From contig NW_002060947.1 in NCBI RefSeq assembly GCF_000150275.1, positions 2,903,740 through 2,967,739 on the forward strand: a DNA stretch of 64,000 nt, written 5' to 3'. Positions 12,901 to 27,900 of this stretch are shown piece after piece (position 1 is the first letter of the stretch; each line of letters starts with the position of its first letter). The DNA is from Trichoplax adhaerens. Taxonomy: Eukaryota; Animalia; Placozoa. The notes beneath the pieces were generated by a model that saw only the letters and a list, made by a program, of their open reading frames with translations, was not told the DNA's origin and made no database searches. The position numbers were made by a program, and so were the translations under genes.

Positions 12901-15900
12901 TAGTGTGATAATTCAGGCAATTGATAGTAAAGTAAATGTTAACTAATATTTAAAAAATGCTTTTCATTTACAGATGTTAAGCGAATTTATATTTTTAATT
13001 ACTTCAAATCATTAGCGATTTTTCAGACAATAAGTTATCAAGGATACAGCCGAACAATTTTGCTAATCTTGCTAATCTCCAAGAATTGTATGTTGTAACA
13101 CTGACAATATCTAAAACTAAGGACAGGAAATTTATCTCGACTTTTAACACTTCAGCAACGTGATATTGTTCTAGAAAAGGTGTCTTTGTATTTAATTAAA
13201 TATGAAACATATTCAAATTATTCGATTTTAGACAGCTTGCTGGAAATGCAATCAGGACTATTGAAAGTGGTTCATTTTGTAAATTAAAGAATCTTAAAGT
13301 ATTGTAAGTAAGCTATGAAGGATGCTTATAGCAGACTTGAACAGTCTGTAAAAATTTAATATATTGTGCGCTAATTAAATAATTGTTATTCTAACATTAG
13401 CTTATCGCAATTAATTAAATGAAAGAGATTTATATTTTACAAGACTAAATCTAAAAGTATTATTTTACTAAAGATTGTGTTTCGTAATTTAATTCGTAAA
13501 TCCAGTAAGGATTATATATATTTGTCATAAATCGAAACGTAATTAGTTTCATATATTTTATTGTAATGAAATTCAAATCTAATGAAAACGTCAGTAATTG
13601 GTAACAGCTGTAATTACAACTTATTGGGAGTCTAGCCTTAACGGAGGATAAGTAATAACTGTTTACAGAAAGACCTCGCTTTATATGCAACTAGCAAAAC
13701 ATCATCTGCCACCTTACGATTTGCTTTTGCTTCCAAATTAATACAGTAGGAGCTTCTCCTAATACCATCGTGCCTTATATAATCATTATCATTCCAAATG
13801 CAGCATAGATTGCAACTAATTACATTGTTCACATACTTTTAGTCGATAACACTATTATAATCATCACGATAGATAAGATGTCTCTACTAATATAGGATCT
13901 CCTATATTAAGGTCAACAACTATTTAAGTTAGTTAATCTCGCTAATGTTACATTTATTTTATTAGCACAATCATTCTTTTCTAATATTTGCAAGGGTATA
14001 ATTATAAAATTGTGTATAGTGTGTTAGCTTTAAAGAATTGGTGTATTAAAGCTAAAATTTAGAATACTTAAAAGAAAATTTTCATGACTGTCTTAACTAT
14101 ATACATTATAGGTCCGTCACAGGTAATAATTTGGAGAGCTTAAAACCTGGTCACATTGATTGCTTAACAAATCTGATGGAATTGTACGTATATTTTACTA
14201 GACAAAAATTAAAACCTATTATTTACTTTCTAGCTACGCTATGTTTATCATCGCATCAGATCGAGAAATAATCCATTACTAACTATAATATATGATTTAT
14301 TCGTCTATAATAATAATGAATTATGACCTGTGTCTAGTTTTCAAGATTATTAGGTTATGAATGCATAAGCATGCAATACGACATTTGCGTAATACAAAAA
14401 AATCTTGTATGAATTTTGTTTTTGCGTCTACAGATTACTATCCTAACGTATTTGTAACACCATTTATGTGCGTAAGCAGACTCGGTGTACTCAATGTAAA
14501 TAGAACTGTAAATCTATATTATTATTTTAATACATTACTTACCCAGGGAGTAATTTTTGACTTAGATCTTTTTATTACGCAGCTTGTGTTTATGTTCTTC
14601 CAATAATAACACAACAGACATCATGATACATGAACTTCACTAGTTATATTTAAGGCTATCATCTAGGCTAGGGTATTCGACATGGTAAATTCTTATGCAT
14701 CCATGTTAAAAGTTATAGAACATTTATATATTAACACTAAATATTATACGCTCATCTAATTTTAACTGACCGTTATAGTTACTTATATTTACAAAACTGT
14801 ACATATCAGGTTTTTGTAGTTAAATAAACCGTTATCATCAAAGTAACTTGATATTGTTTGCTTTTATATAGAAGTGCTTCTATAAATAGGATAAAAACGA
14901 TAGAAAATAATACACTTTGCGGCCTTGATCGATTGAAGATACTGTAAGTCTTTGTCGCTCTTAGTCTTACCATTGGCTTTGTATTTCAATTTTAATTTAT
15001 ATCTATTAAAACAGGCAAATTATGCTGCTATCTGATTACTTTTAAATACTGAAAGCTTAATGTTTGTGATATTATATGATTTAGTAATATTAAAAACGTC
15101 AGCATGATGTAATTATTAGATAACCTTAGTCCATAAATATCTTAAATAGCAATTTATTATAACTTATCTAGATCAGGCCAAATACTTGCAATAAAACTTA
15201 TCCAAGGAGTCATAAAGTATTTTTCTTCGCTGTCTAAATAATCAGATATTGTATAGGATTTGATATTAAACCCTTTAGTAGTATAATGTTATCGTTACTT
15301 ATATATATTGTATGGTAACGGTCAGATAAAAATTAAAAAAGAACAAGTAAATTAATTTCGATATGATAAGTGATTATGCCACTACAGTTCTATATTGAAA
15401 GGCAGCGAAGTTATTTTTTCCGAAAATCATAAAATCTTGACACAAATGATTTGTGCAACTAACCGATATCGCCTGTTAGAGTAAAATTCAAGTGTTTATC
15501 AAAGCATTGATTTTAACAACTAGGCGAATAGATCGGAATAATTTGACACATATATATTCAAAAACGCTGTGCGCTCCCAACTTACAGAAACTGTAAGAAT
15601 CTAATGATCATAACTACTCGTAAATAACATAATTAACATAATTAATTTCCATCTAAAATTATATAGGTATTTAAATAGTAACTTTATCCGATTCATTGCA
15701 CCAACAGCCTTCCATCAATTGTCTAAGATTAAAACACTGTGCGTATAATAATAATGATCAAATAAGTAGTATTATTAACGTAGAGTTATTAATTAAGAAT
15801 TTACGAGTATTTCAATGTGAAGTACAGTAGTAGATCTTATTAATGATTTAGATATTTAAGGCGAGAGTTTATTTGTGGTGTAAAGGAAGGCCTTGAAAAC

Positions 15901-18900
15901 TATCGTGTTAGCTTATTTCTGCATTTAAAGCAGCTGGTTTAATCAGTATGCCTCCTTTTTTCTAGAGTTATGAATAATAACCACATATTTAATCTTCCTC
16001 CTAAGCTATTTAAATCGATGGTCATGGCAACCTCTTTGTGAGTCGCATTGTTAAATATCTTATTTATCTCAGTTTATAGTTTAAGTATCAAATCATTAGC
16101 AACTTTCATTCGGCATTACATTAATTTTACGCTTGTCTGGGTGAATTTTTCTTAAAATTTCAGTCAGGAAGAGAATTAATAGTCTTACTCTGAATATTCT
16201 GATATTAAGCTATGAATTATAAGAACATAATTTACCAATTACAATTACTCTCGTAAGTTAGTAACTTCCTTCATTCTGATATTGAACAGGAATATCACTA
16301 ATACCCAATTGCAAGTATTGGACAACCATCAATTTTTGGGTCTTTATAACCTATTCAATCTGTAATTCTGTTATTTGTAAATATTTAGATCTTCATAGTA
16401 AAAGCTAACAATAAGAACTCAAATGATAGATATTCGCTAGAAATTATTAGCGTAGTAAGATTTCGAGTATGTCATAAGGGAATATTTAAAATTGGAATAT
16501 TACATCAAATTTTCCATCATTAGGCAATTAAACTTCAATAACGTCTCTATAATAAAAGCTACCGCATTCAAAGACTTATATAACGTTACTACCTTGTAGG
16601 TGCCCAGTTATGGATAGTATAAAAATGCAACTAAAAATTATTAATAAAGTCGAATTCTAATAGTAGCAACATACAGCATTATAGGGCTATTTCTAATATT
16701 ATATCATGTAGAGATTTGGCAGACAACGATATGACGATTCTAGATCCAATAGTCTTCCTACCGTTGGTCAAACTTCAAGAATTGTAAAATTCATTAAGAA
16801 GCTAGAATTTTGTAGATAAAGCTTATCTCTCTGATAATTAATTGTTTGTTTTAAATGACTAAAATTGCTAGAAATTTAAATGAAAATGAAATTCGGTCAT
16901 TAAGCGCCTATCAGTTCCAACATCTCTCAAATCTTAAAGTACTGTAAGCATTAGCTGGCTCAAACTTCACCTAGATAATGCTGTGATTTTCAAAGCACAA
17001 TTTGAGACTGCGAGTTGATTGCCATTAATTTCATAGGTTATGTTAGGGTTACTAATGTAGATTTAAATCTGTATTATGAAGTAATATACGTAAGATAACG
17101 ATAGCTAAATCTTAATACACATAGTAGTTGTCCTGAGCTGATTTACAATCATTAGTTGTTAAAATGCTAATTTAAAAGCTATAAATTTAATAGCTTGCGA
17201 ATATCATTGTCAGTGATTTTATACCGATTGAAAGAATAATACATTTAAAATTTAAAAAGAAGGTTTCTGTTAAAAAATAGTAGGACTGTCTATTATATAG
17301 AGTTCAAGCTGCATTTCGTAGGCAGTGCATACAGTGTTTGTTAGTTTTAAGCGAAGAATAATGAGTATAAAATTGTATAATAATATAACTTAGTCTTGAT
17401 ATTCCTTGATAAGATTAAAATAAGTATAATTGTAATAGAATCAACGTTACAGCTTAGCGTAATTTTTCTTCCAATTATTATAAAGAATTACAGGATCTGT
17501 AGCATGTTAATATAATCAAATACTGGTCTCTAATAGTGTTAAATTCTTTTTGTAGACGCCTACAAACGAATGAAATATTTTCGATTGATGCTAATGCATT
17601 TTCTGGTCTAAATAAATTACAATTATTGTAAGTATTGCCTGTGCTTCTTTCACTATGTAACTAGGCTGCATTTAATAGTTCATCAATTTTAATATTTCTT
17701 TAAACTTTTTACTTTCAATGATAGTTTGTGTTAACGAAATTTAAAGCAAACAAACTTACTTTGCGTAATTTTAGGCAGCTTAGCGGTAATCCGATCAGTA
17801 ATTTTCAGGAATTTAAATTACCTGCTGTACCATCTATGGATTTTTTGTATGCATTAATTTACACTTATAATTTAATCAGATGATACAGTGATATACGATG
17901 CTGTCGTATTCTATGTCTAATTAAAAGCATACCAACATTTTTACATTATATTTAAAGTTATTTATCGCCACAGTTATCGCTAATGATTATTTGTATCCGC
18001 CAAGAGGGGTATCGAGATCTTATCCGCTGAAGTTAGATGGAAGACATAAATTGATTAACCGAAGAAGGAATACGGTAGTAATAAAGAACATGTAAGTCTT
18101 AACTAAGTTCCACGGATGATATGGATATCAATATAGCTCGTAAAATATATATATATAGAATAAAAAAATATAGTATTAGTAACACAATCATAATTGTAAA
18201 GCTTAGCGATCAGTGGTATAAAGTAAAAATTTAAACAATTTTTAATATTATTTAGTGAGTGCGAAATATTTTAAGCTAGTACCCTATTTAAAATTTTTTC
18301 TACCATGAATTCGCGTCATTGAGCAAATATAAATTATTTAAATCTTTAAGTAATCTTGTCATGAGTATCGAAATTATCTACACAAAGTGATATTATTAGT
18401 ATATAACAAATTTCAAAAATAGAATGTACTAGTGTTTATTAAGATAAGTAATCTCTATATCTGGATTAGTAAATAACAATTAAGTATTAATTGAGGCCAA
18501 CAGTTAATTTTGATTAATCCAAACTATTATAACTATGGCCTAGCCATGGTACAGTGTAATACAGCAAAGACTGTAACTTCAATTGTTGTAAACAATATTG
18601 ATTACATATATTCTTGTACCAAGCACTAATTTAGAAAGGATGAAAAGATTAAGAATCTATTAAATGATCAAATTGACCATTAATAGAGTTTATAACTGAT
18701 TTCAATCGTTTACCATATGTTACTATATGCTCATGGAAAAATCTTTTGCTTTTTGGTATTCTAACGTAGAGATTTGGCCAATAATTTCCTATCGGAAATA
18801 AAACGGTTGGACTTTGGAGACTGCAGGACCCTGTTAGTTATATCTTCATAACTATAGTTGAGAATGACAGTCGTAATCGATGTAAAATATCAAATTGCAA

Positions 18901-21900
18901 AAAGTATAGTAATTTTTGATCAATACTAATATTCTTATGTTAAAATTATATTTATATTGTATAATCTTGCTTGGTATCTCGCTTGAAATAGCAATTTATC
19001 TTATAACAAACTGCATGAATCAACTCTACTCAACTTTTCTACTCTGGATCACTTAGTCCATCTGTAAGCATGATTCTGATGATAGCATGAGAAACAAAAT
19101 AATAGCTACTTATAGTTAAACTTAATTTCAAATAAATTTCTTACTTTTTTTCACTGATTAATATCTATTTATTATGTTAGCGATTTAACAGGCAATCGTT
19201 ATAATAGCATTAGAAATATTAAGGATTCATTCTTTATGAATAATTACAATTCTATGCTTTCAATGTAAGTATTTCATCCATATCGCAAAATTATAGCTAC
19301 GCAATTATTTACTTCCTTACTGACAGATCATTGCTAATATTTGTGTGCATAGTACACGCTGATACATGTTTTCCGAGGTCAATTTAGAACTATAATTTGT
19401 GCTACTTCGCGATGCAATATGGTTATCATCTAGTGTTGCTTTGAACAGAACACAAGTTATCTTAACGAATTAAATTCACGCCTTCGATTTAATAATATTT
19501 GCATGGCATATGTTATGAGTCTCATAAGGTGCTTATGATTCTAGTCAATCATGAGTATCTATTTAATAATCTTCTAAGTTGCATAAATCTAGTTTCATAG
19601 ACATATTCCATACCAGTTTTATGGTAATGTAAGAAAAATTATTCTAATTTAATGCCTGTAATTGAAAGATAAAATAATTAAATAAGCATGCTACATTGCA
19701 TAAATATCTACTACCTGATTAAAGAAATTACTACTAGATAAAATGAATGATTGTGCATTTAGAATAGCTAGTATATATATGTATTCAACATTGATGCAGT
19801 ATCTAGTATGAATGGTTATTTGATTTATAATTTCTTGGGTAACTTCTGAGGTAACCGTTTGACTCGACCTAAACTCCTAAAATATAAACATCAGTAAAGA
19901 GCTACCTAACAATATACTGTACAGATAAAAGTTAAAATAAATTTGTAGCTTTTTGTAGTCAATTCTGCTAAAGTGATAATGTTATTGTGTGCAATTACAT
20001 AGTAACAGAGAAAGCCAATTTCTTCGTCATGCAACAGTAGTTTATATGATGAATCTAGATTAGAAAAGAATTTCCCTATCATAATTGATACGATTGGATT
20101 GCGATACTCAAAATCAGGCACTAGATCGACTAAATATAAGTTATCACTATAAAATTCGCCAAATTGTTTTACGATACTTTTAATTTGGCTAAGATTTTGA
20201 GTTAAAGGTAGATACAAATCTTACTGGGGGTTTATCATCTATAAAATTAATGTAAGGGCATTTAATAAAATATAATTTTTTTCTTACAGTGGGTCAAATT
20301 CTCCTTTATGTTAAATATCAGATTTCTTGTCCTTACTTAATTGTAATATTGATACGATGCACACATAATTTTAGGTAAATTGTTTTAACTAGAATCTGTT
20401 CAATTTCTACAGGAATATCTCTTCAAATACTCTAAATTACATCCATATTGATGCCCTGAGACCGTTTTCAAAGTTACAGTCACTGTAAGTACAAAAAATA
20501 TTAATCTTCCTAGGAATAATGGAAATACAAATAGCGTACTATGTAGTTTAGATACTCTATAAATATCCTAATCGAGCTAATTATTTCTCTGTTTACTATA
20601 TAATATAAATGCGGTAGCTTTTGTACGCTTACTGCGTTCCAATTATCTATTTTATTGCTCATATTTTGCAGATTCTTGCTAAAGAACCAGTTACAGAAGC
20701 TAGATTTTATAAGACCGCTGTCACAACTTGTTGTTTTGTATGTTTATGAGCTGAAAGCTGTGGTTGTAAACTACACACATATGTGTATTCACGTACGGCA
20801 TGTGTATCCCAATGAATTTAACTCTTTTCTTCATCTTGAATGTATGGCAATAGTGAAGAACTAGAAATTATTACCATATTTCACAAACTAGCTTCGTGAC
20901 AGGGATAACGCAAAACAAATCTCTAAATTACTAAAGTCTCCGGGATTCAGTATCCCTTAGCTATTTCTCAAGCACTTACATATCTTTCCTTATAGATTAA
21001 ACAACTAGAGAATTCCTATTTTATGCAGCTATCTGCCGAGCTTAAATACCCTTCGGCAACAGCTATCATGAATGAGCCATCATAAGATTATGAAACTTAG
21101 TTTATATTGAATAGTTAAATTAATACCGAGATATTCATAATCATACACATGTACTGAATGACTCTAAATAATTAGACTACCGTATGTCCTTTCACGGAAT
21201 TATTTATGGTATCACCTATAAGTGAATATTTTCAGGATATTAATCACATGCGTTATAAGACATAGCACTATAATCAATTCACACCAGTTGCTATATAAGA
21301 ACTCTTACTTCAGTACAGCATAAGTTACTGTAACAAAATAATAACTGCCGTGGTTCTTACTGTAAGCCATTAATAGTTATCTCCATATATAAATATTAAT
21401 TCACGAAGTTTAGTCATTTAACTCTTCACGGTAGTTCGTACCGTGACACCATAAGATATTATTTTCTTTATAGGTGCTGAATTCTGTTATTCTTACAAAC
21501 ATTACGATCATTATTTAGTAAAGCATGAATTGTCAAATCATAAAATTTAATCTATGCTATATAGACGTTGACTATCATGTTTCATTGAGCTTTTTGATAG
21601 CAACTCTTAAATCTTCTGCATTTAAATATAAGTAGATAGTGCTATTGTTAAGAATAGCAGTACACTAACTGAGTAAGTAAGATCTAAACTCGAATTATAT
21701 CTATCATCTAGATTAAAATCTTTGTATCACGATTATAACTGCTTCGTTAGGTCTTTGCATTAAATCCACTTATCGGGCAGCTATTACTGCATAGAAACAA
21801 GATTAATTTACAAGAAGTATTTTACTAGCCTTTATGCTTCTGAAATGCTAAATTGTGTCTTCTCTAATGTCCAGATCTCTTACGTTCAATCTTATCACGA

Positions 21901-24900
21901 CAATAAGCACACAAGATTTTATAAACTTAACACAGCTCAAAGAATTGTAAGTAAATAATTGATAGTGAAAAACACCTGATGATTGTAATCATAAATAGTA
22001 GTAATTATTAAACGAATCTATGGTTATGAATTACTGTATTTGTTTGTTTTTTGAAGATGTGCAAACTATTTCATTTACTTCATTTAACTCCATTTGTATG
22101 CACTTTTTAACATTTATTGATCTATTCTTGTTTAGTACATGATATAAAATGAAAGGCATGCATAGAATATTTGCTTATGCGCTTTCATAATTATTACAAT
22201 ATTTTCCTTAAAAGACACCTGGACTCAAACAGGATTGGAGTTCTTAGTGAAAATTATTTCATGAATACAAAGTTAAATTCTTTGTAAGACTGATAATCGT
22301 AGCAAGTTGTAATATGGTTATTTTACGAAATAGCATTAAGACATGAATTATACTTATTTTAGATACTTGCAAAATAACCATATCTCTAATATTAATTCTA
22401 TTTTGGAAGGATTACAAGACTTACGGATACTGTAAAACTGTTCTTTCCTTTATTAATAGCCAAGTTGTCATTATTTCTTACCCTATAAGAATTTTATATA
22501 GGCAACTTCATTATTTTCGAATGTTTGATCTAATAGAAGATTATTTTTTTATATTTATCAACTCTGGTGCATTAACTTGAAATACAAGAAACTTGAATTC
22601 TAATAATATTAGAAATGTTAGCAAGACTTTTAATGTCAAACTTTCCTATCTCGGCGAATTGTAAGTAATATGAATATACGTCTTAAACAATTTTAGGCTT
22701 TCGGAAATAATACTTGTTCAGTTTTAGTATAAGGTCCTGCAAAACTAAATAGCTTAATTTTAGGTATTTAAGTCATAACGGAATTGCGCAAGTAGAAAAC
22801 AAAACCTTTTCTTCATATAAAAACTTAAGAATTCTGTAAGGATGACATATTACATTATTACTTTATATTAATAAAAGTAATTATTGAAAAGATTGTCTTA
22901 GCTGAATATACTGAATTTACTTAGCGATTTAAGTGATAACGCTATAACACTATCTGAGCAAGATGATTTGGGGTTAACATTCCTAGAAAAGCTGTGAGTG
23001 AAAGTAGCAAAAATTATGTCCATATTTTTAATTCATTTTAACAATTGTAACCAAACAAAATCTATATATATATATCAAATAAAATCTTGATATCGTAGAT
23101 TTTTCAAAAGGCGATAAGTTATGGGTAAAGTATTCGTAGATGCACGTATAATGATATTGATATCTTTGTAATTATCAGAAATAAGCGTTACTGCTATAAA
23201 CAGCAGCTGCAATTCCTTTTCCTGCTAGAGGCATCAATTTCATTAATATACGAACGAAACCTATGAAAGAGTTAATGTATTATTAGTGCATTCTCTTGTT
23301 GGTTGTAATAGATTTACGTAACCTTTTAAGCAGTGATTTAATGGCTACTCTGTTTGTATTAAACTTACGTTCGTATAATATTATAAAACCAAAATCACTT
23401 ACTTGGATATTTTATAAGATTTTGAGTAAAATTGCCTATATCGTAATGGCAGATTAAATGATGTTAAAATATAATTAATCTTTATTAGATATAATCTATA
23501 AATTTTTCTTAATTGATTCTTACATTCAATGTAATTATAGAAATTTAGCACGAAACGATATAAAATACCTAAATTGCTCGGGATTACCTCCCGTATTGAG
23601 ATCTTTGTAAGTGATATCCTCATTTAACTATTCTTATTTATCAATACTAAATACTCTGACGGCTATTTTTAAAATATTTACTCTGAATACTGTGTTTGAC
23701 ATTAATAGAATATTACATATTAAAAAAGCCTGTATCATACCTTTTAAGAATTTTAGCAAACAACAATATAAAAAAATTCGATCCTAATTGTGACCGTTTA
23801 TTCTATCAAATGAAGAAAATGTAGGTAGATGCTTGAAGTTTATCGTGAACATAATTTGAAAATGATTTGTTTAACTGAATCTAGTACTGACATAGCTATT
23901 TTTGTATTTGTTAGTGACATGAGTTATACTAATTTGACTGCAAATGGGATAGAAATACAGAAAGGCTTTCTCGATAAATTAAACTTAGTTAACGACTTGT
24001 AAGTATACTGCTTATTTAGGTGACAATTAGATCTTAAAATAAGACTGCTACTTATTTAGAAGAGAGTTATTCAAAAACATTATCTTAGCTGTAATAGCTA
24101 AACTTATAAAGAATTATCTTATATGTAGTGAACTTGTCGATTGCTTTTAGGAAATTGGCAGGTAATAACTGGGTCGGAATAACGAAGGGAATGGCAGCTA
24201 TAATTAACTTGAAGTTGTACGTATGCCAATAGATCCTCTTTATAAATCTTTTACTGGGAAAACTTTTCATTATGAACTATTAAATACTTCCCTTACATTA
24301 TGAATGTCTAAGTTACATCTATGCACTGTGATGAATATGTCAGGTGATAAAACATTAACCCGATAATTCAGTCTAGAATCTTAAATATTGTTATTTACAG
24401 TAGACGAGCTTATAAGTATTATGCATAGAGCTATTAACTTTATAAAATATATTACTTAAGAAGAATTTGAGATCGATTTCGGAACTTTTTTGAGCAAATA
24501 GAGATGTAAGCGATAATCCAATAGTATTGGACACCTTCATCGATGATTTATACGAACGTGTTGGGCCGTTTCTTATCGGAATGTAAGTAAGCGAAGTAAT
24601 AATGAGCTGTCTTGACCGTAGCATGTAAATACGGTGTTTCCTTATGCAATATGCATAATACTGTATTGGATACTGATAACAGTTGGACAGCGTAAAATTA
24701 CAGATGCTGATTTTATATTTACTTATTTCACGTAAAAGTATTGAACTAATTTAAGAGAGTTTTAAAGCCAATAAAAGCAATTATGACTTTGGTTAACGAT
24801 CCTCTACTTAGAGTATCTTGTTGAGCTGAGTCGGACGGCAGAGAACGGGTATATTTAAGAGGATCTATAACTGATATTGCCTATGTTTGTTGCAATATAT

Positions 24901-27900
24901 CTAGTTTACCATCCGTTATATAGTTGACTATAAAATGATATGTAGTATGGTAAATCCATACTGAATTCGTAGTTGACATTAAATTCTAGACAAATCTTAT
25001 CACGTAGTGGGATATTCACAATTTAATAATAGAAATAAATTATCGAAAGGTGTAATTTAGGCATTGTATACGCCTAACTATATTTAAATTTTAAGTAATC
25101 ATAACTTAATCTTGGTAGTTTAAGGACAAGAAAGTGAACAGAAATTCAGCTTTAAGCACAGAGAACTTTCTGGCATAAATTTTTTAAAGAATCATCGAAA
25201 TTTAACTAAACTGAATATAATGTCTGATTTGCAAGGTTTATAATCAGCTTTTTTTTCTAAATTAAAAAAATTTTTATAGTAATTTAAGTAAATGCAATAT
25301 ATCAACTATTCCTGGAAAGGCCTTTACCGTGTTTTACAAACTTAAAATTTTGTAAGTGTGTTATTTTAATAACTTGATGTTACAATAAAATTTACCGTGA
25401 TCATATCATAGTATAATTTATTTTAGATTAAATTTAATGTAGTGCTCTAAAGATAGAATCGTTGGTGCAAGCAAACTGATATATTTTTATAATTACTTAA
25501 ATTGATGTCTTTTCTAAATAATAGATCATTAAATGATAACAACTTACATGAATTTGATATGGTTGACGTCTCTTTGAAGGATTTGAATGAATTAGTAGAA
25601 TTGTAAGTATTGTGTCGTATCGTCTAACAGCAAAAAGAGACTGTTTATTAGAGAAAACAGATATTGTATTTAATAAAATTTCGATATTTCTTTTAGAAAT
25701 ATTGCAAAAAATAGCCTAAAAAAGATAAAATCTACACTAACAATTCGATTTAAAAATATGGAAAAACTGTAAGTATGATTTTCGAAATATTCTGTTATGA
25801 TCTTTATTCTCATAGAATAATACCGTAATGTATTGGACTTGTTTCTTAACAAGATTATCGCTGCAAAATAGTTTAATGCAAATAAAGTTTATTAATTTAA
25901 GCATAATATAATCAATGTACTAATACTTATGTCTAAATGAATCAGTAATATATCGAATAACAAGGTTGAAGGATTATGTAGGCCAAATTTGGACATAGTT
26001 GAACTATTTCCGAACATAAATTTGATGTAAGTCTGAAACTTGAGTATGTTTAGTGTTAACACGTATTTGCAAATTTAGTTCAGTTGTTGTTAATTAGCTG
26101 TTAAGCTTGTTGACTATAACTAATAAAATCGTAATTTATCATAAAGCGATGCAAGCAGAAACAAAATTGAAACGCTGCAGGAAAGATGCTTTAAAGGTTT
26201 ATCAAGATTGCAAAAACTGTAAGTGTTAGGAGTTACAAAGGGTGAAAAGTAATGACTCTATTGTTACTAATCTGAATTTTTAAGATATACGATGTAGTCA
26301 GAGAGGAAATACAAATTTGTATACTTCCTGGTAATCATAATTGAATTGACGCATCATTGTTATCGTGTACGTACAGATAATTTTAGTTTATGCGACAAGA
26401 GATATATCGCAATGCAACATTTTTTTATGTGAAGATTACTTAAATACAGTATGATCACACCTGTTAAACATTCTTCTCTCTTATAACCTGATTATCTAAT
26501 ATTGCAATATTGATCCGTTCGTTACGCTTAGAAGTTATAAACTTAAAAGCATTCTGTAACTAATCGTATATAAATCGTGAATTTTGCTGTAATAAGTAGA
26601 TTATCAGATAGTCAGATAGTCCTTGGTAGTTAGACGAACCTAACTTCTGTAATAAAGTGAAATTTGCAAGAAACTGTAGTTCTTGATTTATTGTTTTGAA
26701 GATCACTTTATCGCATAGCCAAATACCGTTGTTTATCATTACACATTAAATCTTTCAAATCTTTTCATGTAGGCTACAAATATAGTAATTTACTACAAAT
26801 CCATTGTTTTTACCAGTTCAATTTATCTACCCGATATTTAAAGCCGTCCTTATTAGATGAATTTTGAGCTATTTCGAAGACTATGCTATTGTATTGCTAT
26901 ATTACAAACTTTATGTGTGGTCACTTTACATGAAAGCGAAAATTAAAAATTGCGTATTTCTCCCATCTTTAGCGATTTACGAGGGAATCTATTAGCCTAT
27001 GTATCCCGAAAATCCTTTTATGGTCCACCTCAGTTGGTGGAAACGTAAGTCTGAGAGGCCATGTCTTGCAATTTTCCTACTTTCATATAGTACGTTTACA
27101 TCAACCATTGAGCTTAAAGTGCGCTATCTTCTTTTCGGCTGTGTAACATGTCAATAGGTTAACGAATCGCCCTTATTTTTGTTGTATAATACCTGCTAAA
27201 ATTGTGACCTGTGAACCATCGATGATATCTGATACTTTATCATCATGTCAGCACCTTCTTGCTCATACTTCATTACAGTACTTCGTCTGGGTTGTTGGTT
27301 GCTTGGCGTTTTTTGGCAATATCATTGTTATTATTCAGAACTGTTATCTCAATAATACTCAAGGGAAAGTTCATATTCTACTAATCAATAATCTAGCCAT
27401 GTCTGATCTTGTTATGTCAATTTACCTATTTATTATAGCATTTGCTAATTCAAATTACAACAATAATCAGTATGGTCAACGGTCAGAGGAGTGGTTAAGG
27501 AATCCTTTATGTGTATTATCTTGCATCCTTGTGACTACATCAAGCTTAGTCTCTGTCTTTTTAATGTTAATAATCAGTGTCGATAGGTTTATCGTTATAG
27601 CTTTGGTGTTTAAGGCAGAAAAGTTGAGCATGCTTGCTACTCGAGTGATTACCGGTATAATATGGCTAGCTTGCTTTACATTTGCACTTGTGCCGGCATC
27701 ATTCAGTATCGATAAACCAGGTCATAATCGATTATATACGTACAACAGCATGTGTATGCCAAGCAATTATGAAAACTATTTGTACCGCATTTGGATGATT
27801 ATCTATATATTTCTCACTATTATTGGTTGGATTATCACTTGCACCCTTTACGTTGGGATATTTATTTCTGTGTACAAAACTAGAAAAGCCGCTGGAAAAA

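Noticed and set aside
18770-18850. LRR exon that would need a non-GT donor (AT|ATCTTC) to be 72 nt; possible U12/AT-AC intron
   Set aside because: It does not match ATATCCTT, the next acceptor is AG, and an in-frame CT|gttagt donor gives a 63-nt exon.
19906-20217. 103-aa antisense ORF inside a GPCR intron
   Set aside because: Non-ATG start, no recognisable motif and intron-like composition; about one ORF of this size is plausible by chance in the window.
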